Shown here piece after piece: positions 8,550 through 18,038 of a stretch of 64,000 nucleotides of DNA. Under the pieces are notes generated by a model. That model searched no databases. It saw only the letters and a program-made list of their open reading frames with translations, and was not told the origin of the DNA. Source of the stretch: Candidatus Poribacteria bacterium (GTDB lineage Bacteria; Poribacteria; WGA-4E; WGA-3G); the NCBI GenBank assembly GCA_965205015.1, contig OZ242029.1, positions 3,008,001 to 3,072,000 on the forward strand, in the 5' to 3' direction. A program made the position numbers and the translations under genes. The first letter of the stretch is position 1. Every line of letters starts with the position of its first letter.

Positions 8550-11132
8550 TTATACCTTACGGAAGCCGAACCCGCCATCTTCAAAGTCAACAACGATTGC
8601 GTCGCCATTGTGGAAGACCCCTTCCAGCATCTGGATCGCTAACGGATTAAGAATATCCCGCTGGAGGGTTCGCCGGAGCGGGCGCGCACCGTAGACTGGA
8701 TCGAATCCGCGTTTTACCAACGCTTCTTTGGCAGATTCAGAAAGCGTCAGTGCCATCTCCTTCTCCGAGAAACGGTGACCGAGTTGCGTGAGTTCAAGCG
8801 CGACAATCCGTTTTAATTCTTCGATACCGAGACGGTCAAAGATAATCAGATCGTCAATACGGTTCAGGAATTCGGGTGGGAAATGGGTCTGGACCGCCTC
8901 CATCACCTTCCGACGAATCTCTTTTGTGTCTAACAGTGCGTCGCTAATCCACTGACTCCCAATATTAGAGGTCATGATGACAACCGCGTTCTTGAAATCG
9001 ACGGTGCGTCCTTGTCCATCCGTCATTCTGCCGTCATCGAGCATCTGGAGCAAGACATTGAAGACCTCTGGATGCGCCTTCTCAACTTCATCAAGCAGAA
9101 TGACACAGTAAGGATGTCGTCGGACAGCCTCGGTCAGCTGGCCACCCTCATCGTAACCGACGTATCCCGGTGGCGCGCCGATCAATCGGGAGACGGTGTG
9201 TTTCTCCATGTACTCGCTCATATCAATACGCGCCATGGCGTTCGCATCGTCAAACAGGAACTCGGCGAGCGATTTAGCAAGGTGCGTTTTACCGACGCCG
9301 GTGGGTCCCATGAAGAGGAAGGAACCGAGCGGTCGATCGGGATCCCCGAGACCGACGCGAGCGCGTCGAATCGCATTGGAGACAGCACTCACCGCCGCAT
9401 CTTGTCCGATCACCTGTTCGCGCAGCCGTTCTTCCATGTTGAGGAGTTTCTGGGTCTCACCTTCCATGAGTCGGGAAACAGGAATACCGGTCCACTTTGC
9501 TACAATTTCAGCGATGTCTTCCGCACGCACGCGTTCCTTCAACATCTGCGTCCCTTGTGCATCCGTTTCCAAAGTCTCTCGGACAGTTTTAAGCTGCGAT
9601 TCCAACTCCGGTATCTTACCGTACTCAATCTCTGACGCTCTACCGAGGTTGCCTGCGCGTTTGGCTTGTTCCGACGCAATACGGAGTGCTTCAATCTGTT
9701 CCATCAACGCACCGATCTGTGTCAAATTCGCTTTTTCGTTCTGCCACGCGGCTTTGAGGGCATTCGCTCTCTCTTTGAGTTCAGCAAGCTCAGCCGTCAG
9801 TTTCTCAAGTCGTTGTTGTGAAGTATTGTCCTCCTCTTTCTCCAATGCCTGTTGCTCAATTTGGAGTTGGATGATCCGACGTTCCACCTCGTCAATCTCC
9901 TCCGGCACACTATCGATCTCAATTCGCAGTCGTGATGCCGCTTCATCCACCAAATCCACGGCTTTATCGGGTAGGAATCGTTCGGAGATATACCGCTTCG
10001 AGAGGGTAGCCGCCGCGACAATAGCACTGTCCTGAATTTGGACACCGTGGTGCGTCTCATAGCGTTCCTTCAAGCCCCGAAGAATGGCGATCGTGTCCTC
10101 AACCGACGGCTCTTCAACCTGCACCGGCTGGAATCGGCGTTCCAAAGCGGCATCCTTCTCAATATGTTTCCGGTACTCATCGAGTGTCGTCGCGCCGATG
10201 CACCGGAGTTCACCCCGTGCCAATGCGGGTTTGAGCATGTTTGAAGCGTCTACAGCCCCTTCCGCTGCACCCGCCCCGACGATGGTATGGAGTTCATCGA
10301 TAAAGAGCACGACCTGACCCTCTGCTTGTTCCACATCGGCAAGCACGGCTTTCAGGCGGTCTTCAAATTCACCACGATACTTACTCCCTGCGATGAGTGC
10401 CCCTAAATCGAGGGCGATAAGCCGTTTATCGCGGAGGCTTTCTGGAACATCACCATCAGCGATACGTTGTGCTAATCCCTCCACGATCGCCGTTTTTCCG
10501 ACACCGGGTTCACCGATGAGGACGGGATTATTTTTCCGTCTGCGGGAGAGCACTTGCATCACTCGCCGGATTTCATCGTCTCGTCCGATAACTGGATCGA
10601 GTTTACCTGCGATCGCCTCTTGCGTGAGTTCCCTGCCAAATCGGGTAAGTGCCTGATATTTATCCTCTGGATTCGGATCGGTTATCCGCTGCGTACCCCG
10701 GATATCGACGAGTGCCTTGAGAATTTTATCTTTTGTTACACCGGCTTCCCGCAGGAGTTTACTGACTTCACTCTGTTTCGTCTCGGCACACGCTACCAAG
10801 AGATGCTCTGTACTGACGTATTCATCCTTGAGGGCTGTCGCTTCTTTGAATCCGGCATCCAAAACGGATTGGAGAGCGGGAGCGATCCGCATTTCAGCCG
10901 CCGTGCCTTGTACTTTCGGTGTCTTTTGAACGGCGGTTTCAATTGCTGACGTAATCCCTGTCGTATCAACTCCCAGCTTCTGGAGAATCGGTATGACAAT
11001 TCCATCTGTCTGCCTGATGAGTGCTAACATCAGATGTTCAACCCCAAGTTCAGGACTGTGGGCATCTGCTGCTATACTTTGTGCTGTTTCGAGTGCTTCT
11101 TGTGCTTTAATTGTAAATCTATCAAATCTCAT
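8550..11132 (-). CDS. clpB: ATP-dependent chaperone ClpB
   Basis: Two AAA+ modules ([16 protein letters not shown]), coiled-coil middle domain, [17 protein letters not shown]. Confidence 0.98.
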   Translation of the reverse strand: MRFDRFTIKAQEALETAQSIAADAHSPELGVEHLMLALIRQTDGIVIPILQKLGVDTTGITSAIETAVQKTPKVQGTAAEMRIAPALQSVLDAGFKEATALKDEYVSTEHLLVACAETKQSEVSKLLREAGVTKDKILKALVDIRGTQRITDPNPEDKYQALTRFGRELTQEAIAGKLDPVIGRDDEIRRVMQVLSRRRKNNPVLIGEPGVGKTAIVEGLAQRIADGDVPESLRDKRLIALDLGALIAGSKYRGEFEDRLKAVLADVEQAEGQVVLFIDELHTIVGAGAAEGAVDASNMLKPALARGELRCIGATTLDEYRKHIEKDAALERRFQPVQVEEPSVEDTIAILRGLKERYETHHGVQIQDSAIVAAATLSKRYISERFLPDKAVDLVDEAASRLRIEIDSVPEEIDEVERRIIQLQIEQQALEKEEDNTSQQRLEKLTAELAELKERANALKAAWQNEKANLTQIGALMEQIEALRIASEQAKRAGNLGRASEIEYGKIPELESQLKTVRETLETDAQGTQMLKERVRAEDIAEIVAKWTGIPVSRLMEGETQKLLNMEERLREQVIGQDAAVSAVSNAIRRARVGLGDPDRPLGSFLFMGPTGVGKTHLAKSLAEFLFDDANAMARIDMSEYMEKHTVSRLIGAPPGYVGYDEGGQLTEAVRRHPYCVILLDEVEKAHPEVFNVLLQMLDDGRMTDGQGRTVDFKNAVVIMTSNIGSQWISDALLDTKEIRRKVMEAVQTHFPPEFLNRIDDLIIFDRLGIEELKRIVALELTQLGHRFSEKEMALTLSESAKEALVKRGFDPVYGARPLRRTLQRDILNPLAIQMLEGVFHNGDAIVVDFEDGGFGFRKV

Positions 11133-11221
11133 TTTTTAATTTTTCCTTGCGGTTCGGTGAGGTGAGTTGGTTGAATGCGCTTATTTTCCGTATATCCGCC
11201 TGCGCCGTTGTTGCAGGCTGC
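11133..11221 (-). repeat. Element L copy 1; occupies the predicted clpB 5' UTR
   Basis: GCAGCCTGC-AACAACGGC-GCAGGCGGATATACGGAAA...CCGAACCGCAAGGAAAAATTAAAAA-ATG. Confidence 0.85.
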
Positions 11222-11232
11222 GCGTTAACGTA

Positions 11233-11247
11233 GCAAGATTTATGCCA
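11233..11247 (-). promoter_or_regulatory. Sigma54 (-24/-12) promoter upstream of clpB
   Basis: Minus strand TGGCATAAATCTTGC matches TGGCAY-N5-TTGC; three TTGGCA motifs lie upstream (11267-11305). Confidence 0.7.
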
Positions 11248-11330
11248 TTTTAACCACTAAGCCATTTTGGCATCCAACGTGCAAAATTGGCAGGAACAAT
11301 TGGCACATTTTCGTCTGGTGTTGGCGGGTG

Positions 11331-12995
11331 TTAGTTATCCGAAAGGGGTTCTGTCACGACAAGTTCCTGGTTCGCTGCGAGGTTTTCCAACGTTTGCACA
11401 ACGCCGCTCTGCCAATGAATCTGAAGTTTATCCACAACGGTCCGCTCCCCAAGCCCAAAGCGTACCCTCGGATCGTTGCTACTGAGATAACTGTATCCTC
11501 GACGGACTTCCCGCGTCTGGGATTCAGTACCGAGCGTCACTGTAACACGCGTCCCTATGCCATCACGATTGCTGCGTATGCCGATCAATTTGAGACGCAG
11601 ATAGTTGTTGGAGGTGCGATTCTCATTTCGGAGGAGCGTCACTTTGGCATTCAACTGTGTGATGAGAAGGTCTGTGTCACCGTCGTTGTCGTAGTCGCCG
11701 AAAAGGGTCCCACGGCTGACGGCATCCCGACCTTTAAATTGCCTCTCGACAAACGTGCCATCGTCTTGGTTCCAATAGAGCTGATTGGGTTGTTTGTATG
11801 AGAGGACATCTGTGGTCCGCTCAACATTCGGGAAAATATGACCATTCGCGACAAAAATATCAAGGTGGCCATTGTTATCGGGGTCGAAGAATCCGGTTCC
11901 GAACCCCAAGAAGAGATAACTTTCTTCACCGAGCCGCGCCTTGTAACTGACATCGGAGAAAGTCCCGTCCCCGTTATTCCGATAGAGGGTGTTTGTCTCG
12001 TAAGAGAAGTTAGTGACGAAGATATCAAGAAATCCATCGCTGTTGTAGTCCCCGGCGTCGACACCCATACCGGCTTGGGCTATGCCGTCCGCGCTGTAGG
12101 CGCAACCTGTGAGAATAGCGATTTCGGCAAACGTGCCATCGCCTTTATTATAGAAAAGATAATTTGGCGTGTCATCGTTGGCGACGTAAATGTCGGGATT
12201 GCCATCGACATCAAAGTCTGCGGCAACAACACCTAATCCCTTGCCAAGAAACATGCCCCCCGGATCCCGAATATTGGCGGCATCTGTCGTATCGGTAAAG
12301 GTGCCATCGCCGTTGTTTCGATAGAGTCTATCGGGTGCCCCTTCAAAGTGCTTCGGGTGACAATAACCACGCACTTTCTCGGTGGCATTGAACGCCGGAT
12401 CTTCTAAACAGATAGGCGCGGATCCGTCTAATCTATAGTTGACGTAGTTAACGACGTAGAGATCGAGATAACTATCGCTGTCGTAATCGAAAAAAGTCGC
12501 GCTACTACTCCAACGGGTATCGCCGACGCCTGCTTGAGCGGTAATATCCGTGAATGTCCCGTCGCCGTTATTATGATACAGCCGGTTCGCACCGAAATTG
12601 GTTACATAAATGTCCACGTAACCGTCATTGTTGACATCTCCGCAGGCAACGCCGTGTCCATAACTCCCTTGATTGTTGACTTTAGCAGACGTAGTAATAT
12701 CCGTGAAAGTACCATCGCCGTTGTTTCGGAAAAGCGCACTTGGAGCGGCACTATTGACGAGGTAAAGATCGAGGTTACCATCATTATCATAATCGAGGAA
12801 TGCCCCGCCTGCCCCGAGGGTCTCAGGCAGATGAAACGCCCCTGTCGCACCGTTGGCGTGCGTAAATCGGATACCGGCACTATCGGTAACCTCTGTGAAA
12901 TGGGTAGGGGATTCTGCTGATAGCGCGGGAAACGGAATGAGGGAAAGGAACAAATGGAGCGCAGTCAAGAGTGTCCATAAATTAAAAACTTTCAT
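11331..12995 (-). CDS. CRTAC1-family FG-GAP/VCBS repeat protein with ASPIC/UnbV domain, secreted
   Basis: Signal peptide, repeated DYDNDG..D.YV.N and LYRNNGDGTF.D motifs, C-terminal SNRDGIG.RV...GYLSS...FGLG. Confidence 0.92.
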   Translation of the reverse strand: MKVFNLWTLLTALHLFLSLIPFPALSAESPTHFTEVTDSAGIRFTHANGATGAFHLPETLGAGGAFLDYDNDGNLDLYLVNSAAPSALFRNNGDGTFTDITTSAKVNNQGSYGHGVACGDVNNDGYVDIYVTNFGANRLYHNNGDGTFTDITAQAGVGDTRWSSSATFFDYDSDSYLDLYVVNYVNYRLDGSAPICLEDPAFNATEKVRGYCHPKHFEGAPDRLYRNNGDGTFTDTTDAANIRDPGGMFLGKGLGVVAADFDVDGNPDIYVANDDTPNYLFYNKGDGTFAEIAILTGCAYSADGIAQAGMGVDAGDYNSDGFLDIFVTNFSYETNTLYRNNGDGTFSDVSYKARLGEESYLFLGFGTGFFDPDNNGHLDIFVANGHIFPNVERTTDVLSYKQPNQLYWNQDDGTFVERQFKGRDAVSRGTLFGDYDNDGDTDLLITQLNAKVTLLRNENRTSNNYLRLKLIGIRSNRDGIGTRVTVTLGTESQTREVRRGYSYLSSNDPRVRFGLGERTVVDKLQIHWQSGVVQTLENLAANQELVVTEPLSDN

Positions 12996-13774
12996 TCCGA
13001 TGTTCGATACATCTCCGAGATGATTTCAAGCATGTCGGGGGCTTTGGTGAGATAGCGCACCTTTGCCTCTTCTTTAATGTCGTTGGGGATACCGTGCAGT
13101 GCTTCTGCGATACCACCGGCAATCGAACCGAGGGTATCGGAATCGCCACCGAGGGAGATGGCGTTACGCACTGCGTCTTCGTAACTTTCTGATTCTAAAG
13201 CGCACGTGACTGCCTGCGGCACTGTCCCTTGACACGTCATATCAAAAGCATAACTGGGGCGGATATCGTCCACCGTTTGTGTCAGATCGTAGCCGTACTC
13301 GGCAGTGATAACCTCGCGGATGTCTGTAGGACTTTCGCCTCGGAAGGCGAGATAGATGGCGTGGGTTGTTGCCCGCGCGCCTTTTATGCCTTCGGGATGG
13401 TCGTGACTGATAACGGTCACCTTATCGGCGGCGACGCGTGCGGCATTCAGATCCGTTCGGTTCAGAAACGCCGCGGGTGAGACGCGCATCGCTGCGCCGT
13501 TGCGGAAAGTGCAGTTAGGTGCGTCCGCTTCGGAATAGATCCAACTTTTAAATATCTGACTGAAACCGCATCTTGGATACCGCTTCCCCCACTTCCGCAT
13601 TGTTTCGGCTGGTGGAAGATTGTGTAAAAGCGCATCAGCGACAGCAGTCGTGCAGACCGAATCATCTGTGAAACGGCAGTCCTCACCGAAAAAAGGAAAA
13701 TCTTTGGTTTTAATCCGACGATCTTTGGGTTCGTAGATCGAACCGACAATATCCCCGATAATTGCTCCTAACAT
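12992..13774 (-). CDS. ADP-ribosylglycohydrolase family protein
   Basis: MLGAIIGDIVGS, FTDDS, NGAAMRVSP, SHDHPEG, GGDSDTLGSIAG. Confidence 0.93.
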   Translation of the reverse strand: MLGAIIGDIVGSIYEPKDRRIKTKDFPFFGEDCRFTDDSVCTTAVADALLHNLPPAETMRKWGKRYPRCGFSQIFKSWIYSEADAPNCTFRNGAAMRVSPAAFLNRTDLNAARVAADKVTVISHDHPEGIKGARATTHAIYLAFRGESPTDIREVITAEYGYDLTQTVDDIRPSYAFDMTCQGTVPQAVTCALESESYEDAVRNAISLGGDSDTLGSIAGGIAEALHGIPNDIKEEAKVRYLTKAPDMLEIISEMYRTSE

Positions 13775-13807
13775 ATTTTGTCCCTTTTAGAAAGCAGTCT
13801 GAACTAT

Positions 13808-13867
13808 GATTTATGTGATTTACCGTGATGATGTGCTCTCGGAGAATCATAGTAAATCACATAAATC
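13808..13867. repeat. Perfect 16-bp inverted repeat (intergenic hairpin)
   Basis: GATTTATGTGATTTAC (13808-13823) ... GTAAATCACATAAATC (13852-13867). Confidence 0.8.
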
Positions 13868-13875
13868 CTGGTCGG

Positions 13876-14712
13876 TTATTGGTGTGTGCGTTGGGCTTTC
13901 AGGTATGCCCACGTGGTGGTGAATTTGCCTTGCGCTTCAACGCTCAAAGGCTCTGCGAGTTCAGTGAAATCTCCCTCGTCAAAAGCGGAACCGTAGACAA
14001 GCACTTCGTCGATGAGACCCCCAAACCAGTCAACATCGGTTTGCCCGCCGCCACCACCATCGTGATAAACGGTGTTCTGGTTGAGATGACCGACACCAAT
14101 ATCGTCGCCGTGGGCATGGAGTTGTCCCCCCTTTTCTTGGGCAATGCGTTTGCCATCCAGCCACATCTCAAACTTTTTGTTCTCGACCTTGTCCCTGGCG
14201 TCCCGAATTACCAAACCGACGTGGTACCACTGCTTTGACTTAATGTCCGCTGAGGGCCAGGCACCGTTCCAGTTGTATTCGGCGCGATTCCAACCGCCGG
14301 CGTAGACTTTACCGCCATGCACATAAAGTATTAAGCCTCGTGTGGCTCCACCTTCTTCAAAAATCACCTGCTTCCGATCATCAATTTTCGCGTTATCGCA
14401 GTAGAATAACGCTGCGACCGTCCGGTTGGTATAAGGTCCACCGGTATTGATGTCCACGGAATCTGGAAATTTGATACCATCGCTTTTGCCGTTGAACTGC
14501 AACGCTTTTCCTGCGATACCCTCAACGGCTTTCGGTTTTCCAGTGAAATTGCCGTCCAATCCTTTCTTCGATGTATCTTTGGCACTTCCATCGTTGAATG
14601 TCCAGTTCGCAGCAACTGTCGCTTCATCTCGCTGTGCGTTCGCTGGCATGACGAGGAGTAGTACACCCGATAACAGGACGATACAGAGTGTAGAAATAAA
14701 GACTCGAATCAT
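13876..14712 (-). CDS. Secreted LamG/concanavalin A-like protein
   Basis: Signal peptide, W.FNDG...D.S, GKALQFNG, WYHV, F.G.IDEV.VY, C-terminal VEAQGKFTTTWAYLK tail. Confidence 0.88.
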   Translation of the reverse strand: MIRVFISTLCIVLLSGVLLLVMPANAQRDEATVAANWTFNDGSAKDTSKKGLDGNFTGKPKAVEGIAGKALQFNGKSDGIKFPDSVDINTGGPYTNRTVAALFYCDNAKIDDRKQVIFEEGGATRGLILYVHGGKVYAGGWNRAEYNWNGAWPSADIKSKQWYHVGLVIRDARDKVENKKFEMWLDGKRIAQEKGGQLHAHGDDIGVGHLNQNTVYHDGGGGGQTDVDWFGGLIDEVLVYGSAFDEGDFTELAEPLSVEAQGKFTTTWAYLKAQRTHQ

Positions 14713-15051
14713 TTTTTATTTCTCCTAAATATTTTCTCCTTTTTATTTTTGGAGGTTAAGATTTTGAGACAAGGGGATCCATGTCTCAGACTTCTAACGT
14801 ATGATACACTTCCAATCATTATTTAAAATTTCTAAAATTTTGTCAAATTAAAAACGCAAAATGGGAATCAAAATAACGTGAGTTGCATAAAAAATCTGAT
14901 AAAATCTTTTTTCCAAGCGATGTAACGTTTTGCCTAAAAATTGTGTCTTTAAAATAAGAAAAAAGGTATTGACACTAACCCGTATCTTAAGTTATTTTAT
15001 GCTAAAAGAGTTGATAAAAATTCGATCTACTTTGCTTTTCAAATGTAGGAA

Positions 15052-15147
15052 TAGTTGTCAGTTCGAAAAATCCTTTCAGTTGTCAGGCGTCAGTTAAAGA
15101 GGTGTTAGAACTATCAGCGTCCTCTCTTAACTGATAACTGATAACTA
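15052..15147. repeat. Heptamer-arm palindromic element (family C)
   Basis: TAGTTGTCAG...CAGTTAAAGAGG...CCTCTCTTAACTGATAACTGATAACTA. Confidence 0.75.
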
Positions 15148-15180
15148 CTAAAACCGAAACCCCCTAAAGGAGATAGGACG

Positions 15181-15846
15181 ATGAAGAAAATAATAGGGAC
15201 TGCCCCGACACTCGTCTATCCCGAATCAGACGGTGAACCGATGGCAGAAACGCCCAAACATCAGCAAGTGATGATAGATTGTATGGATATCATGCGAAGA
15301 CATTTTCGTGAAGTTCCAGATGTGTATATCGGTGGGAACATGTTCCTGTATTACGAAGAGGGGAATTCTCAGAAGAGCATCTCCCCAGATGTTTTCATGG
15401 TGCGCGGTGTCCCCAAAAAAGAGCTCCGGGTGTATAAAACCTGGGAACAGCCGCCGACCCTGGATTTTGTGTTGGAGGTCGCGAGTCCGAGCACCTTTGA
15501 GAAGGACTTCACAGTGAAAAAGGAGATTTACGCGAAGATTCTTTGTGTGAAAGAGTATTACATCTATGATCCATATCACGAGATTGACCCCGCTTTTATC
15601 GGTTTTCGACTTGTGGGTACGGACTATGAAGAGATAGATTTTGTAGAGGGGCGTCTTCCGTCTGAGGTGTTAGGTTTAGAGTTAGGTGAGTATGAGGAGG
15701 CACTGCGGCTGTATAATCCGGTCACGTTGTCGTGGTTACATCCGTCTCAAGATCGTGTAGACGATGCCGAGGACCGTGCAGATAGGGCGGAAGCCGAACT
15801 TGCAAAGGTACGCGCTGAGCTCAAACGGTTACAAACTTCCGAATAG
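15181..15846 (+). CDS. Uma2-family putative restriction endonuclease
   Basis: YPESDGEPMAET..H, SPDVFMVRG, VLEVASPST, EYYIYDP. Confidence 0.92.
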   Translation: MKKIIGTAPTLVYPESDGEPMAETPKHQQVMIDCMDIMRRHFREVPDVYIGGNMFLYYEEGNSQKSISPDVFMVRGVPKKELRVYKTWEQPPTLDFVLEVASPSTFEKDFTVKKEIYAKILCVKEYYIYDPYHEIDPAFIGFRLVGTDYEEIDFVEGRLPSEVLGLELGEYEEALRLYNPVTLSWLHPSQDRVDDAEDRADRAEAELAKVRAELKRLQTSE

Positions 15847-15891
15847 GCTGTTTCTTTTGTTTGGGTAGGAATCGTAAGGAGATACACCTAT

Positions 15892-18027
15892 ATGCAGTCA
15901 GTCAAAATACAACACATTTTCATTTTCACACCTATGCTCTGCCTGATGGCGTTCTTAATGTTTCCATTGACAGCATCCGCACAAAACGTCACTATACCGG
16001 ATGCCAACCTCCGCGCTGCGATTGCGGAAACCCTCGGTAAAGCACCGCAGGCACCGATTACCAGAGCAGACATGAAGAGATTGACACGCCTCGAAGCACA
16101 TAATAGAGACATCACCGATTTAACAGGTCTGAAGTTTGCGACGAATCTCAACGAGATCCGCGCCAACGACAATTTGATAGAAGATTTATCACCCCTTGAA
16201 GGTTTAACCCGGTTGGATGTGATCGAGTTCAGACATAACGTGATAAGCGATTTATCACCGCTCGCGGGACTCATCAATTTGGAATGGTTAATTGTCCCGC
16301 ATAATCTCATCTCGGACTTATCACCCATTGCGGAGTTAAGCACCTTGCGTGGAACAGATATTGCACATAACGCCATCTCCGATTTCTCTCCGTTAGCGGG
16401 GCTAACGAAACTTGAACGTATTTGGCTTCACGAGAATCCGATCGCCGATTTGTCTGACTTCACTGGACTCACGAGTTTGAGGGGATTTCACTCGTGGGGC
16501 ACACCCGTTTTCAACCTTTCTGCGTTGACGGAACTACCGAAACTGCAAGTCCTTGATATTTGCGGGGGTGACATATTAGACATCTCACAGTTAGGAGATT
16601 TGACGAATTTGAGTGAGCTGTATTTGGTTGGCAACGAAATCACAGACATCTCGCCGTTAGCAAACCTCACAAACTTGAAACGGCTGAATCTCCAGCATAA
16701 TCAGGTTCAGGATGTCTCGCCCCTTGCGGCTTTGCATAATTTGACGTGGATACAACTTGAAGACAATGAGATATTGGATTTTTCGCCTTTAGATGCGCTG
16801 CCTAAAAGTGTTACTATCGTCAAGCACGATAATCCCGGATTCAGGCGCGATCCGAAGAAAATAGAGGGTCCCTGGCTATGGATGATCGTGCCGACAGGTC
16901 GCTTAGCGGGTTCAATCGCGGCGGCTTCCGGACGAGATTTCCTATCCGTGGCGAGCGGCCAGAAGACGACGGAAAAACGGATAGCGACGCAGGGCGCGAC
17001 AGAGGACGACCGAGTTGGCGATAAGGTCTGGACGGCTGGCAGGCTTTCAAGGAGCGGACCCAACAATATCAATGATATGGTGAATGTGACCGGCTTAGGA
17101 ACAGACAATATAGATTTTCACGTCGCTTATGGATCGATCGCCTTAGATTCCCCGCGTCAACAAAGCACGCGGCTGTTTATCGGCAGCGGGGATGCCGTGA
17201 AAGTTTGGCTCAACGGAACAATGGTTTATAACAAACCGGTTGATAGGGAGGCTGAGGGGTATCAAGAAGATGTCCCTGTGACGTTAAAACAGGGCGAAAA
17301 TATCCTGCTCGTCGCCGTTTACGAAGGCGATGGCTGGTGGAGCGGGTTCTTTGGGCTGGAGAGCACGGACTATACGCCTTACTTACCAAATCCTGTTGTC
17401 GTCCCAGTTGGACGGCAGCGGGTCGCAGATGTGGATAGCGATGGTGTGGTGAGTATCTTGGATATGATTTTAGTGTCGCGGCATTTGGGCAGAATTAAGA
17501 TTACCCAGCCTCAGATGGATGTAAACAATGATGGGAAAATTAATATCTCAGACCTCGTTCTTGTGGCACGCAGTATGGACACAGAAGCGGGTGCTGCCCC
17601 TTCGGCACTCACGCCAGACCTTTCAGAAAGGGTGCAGGCATGGATCGCACAGGCGGAAGCAGCAGATGACGGATCGCTCGTTTTCAGGCAGGGGATAGCA
17701 AACCTCAAACGCCTCTTCGCCGCAATGCCGCCAGAGCGGACGAATGTGTTCGCCAACTACCCGAATCCATTTAACCCGGAGACTTGGATACCGTATCAAC
17801 TCGCGGAGCCCACCGAAGTCACGGTGCGTATCTATGATGCAACAGGCGCGTTAGTGCGGACATTGGCGTTAGGGCATCAAACTGCAGGGATATATCAAGA
17901 AAAAAGCCGTGCCGCGTATTGGGACGGGAAAAACGAAGTGGGTGAGTCGGTTGCAAGCGGACTCTATTTCTATACGCTCACCGCAGGTGATTTCACTGCC
18001 ACGCGCAAAATGCTCATACGGAAGTAA
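15892..18027 (+). CDS. Secreted internalin-like LRR protein with beta-sandwich domain, dockerin-like duplicated Ca-binding loops and FlgD-Ig/T9SS-like C-terminal domain
   Basis: Signal peptide, IPDANLRAAI cap, 22-aa LRRs (N.I.DLSPL..L..L), GSGDAVKVWLNG, DVDSDGVVSILDM / DVNNDGKINISDL, NYPNPFNPETWIPYQL. Confidence 0.9.
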   Translation: MQSVKIQHIFIFTPMLCLMAFLMFPLTASAQNVTIPDANLRAAIAETLGKAPQAPITRADMKRLTRLEAHNRDITDLTGLKFATNLNEIRANDNLIEDLSPLEGLTRLDVIEFRHNVISDLSPLAGLINLEWLIVPHNLISDLSPIAELSTLRGTDIAHNAISDFSPLAGLTKLERIWLHENPIADLSDFTGLTSLRGFHSWGTPVFNLSALTELPKLQVLDICGGDILDISQLGDLTNLSELYLVGNEITDISPLANLTNLKRLNLQHNQVQDVSPLAALHNLTWIQLEDNEILDFSPLDALPKSVTIVKHDNPGFRRDPKKIEGPWLWMIVPTGRLAGSIAAASGRDFLSVASGQKTTEKRIATQGATEDDRVGDKVWTAGRLSRSGPNNINDMVNVTGLGTDNIDFHVAYGSIALDSPRQQSTRLFIGSGDAVKVWLNGTMVYNKPVDREAEGYQEDVPVTLKQGENILLVAVYEGDGWWSGFFGLESTDYTPYLPNPVVVPVGRQRVADVDSDGVVSILDMILVSRHLGRIKITQPQMDVNNDGKINISDLVLVARSMDTEAGAAPSALTPDLSERVQAWIAQAEAADDGSLVFRQGIANLKRLFAAMPPERTNVFANYPNPFNPETWIPYQLAEPTEVTVRIYDATGALVRTLALGHQTAGIYQEKSRAAYWDGKNEVGESVASGLYFYTLTAGDFTATRKMLIRK

Positions 18028-18038
18028 GGAGATTCACG

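Noticed and set aside
9012-10949. Long plus-strand ORFs opposite clpB (and similar shadows opposite the LRR and Hsp70 genes, e.g. 19490..20443)
   Set aside because: Antisense shadows of well-conserved genes with no recognisable motifs
11019-11027. CIRCE half-site GAGTGCTAA
   Set aside because: Inside the clpB CDS, and the partner TTAGCACTC 9 nt upstream is absent
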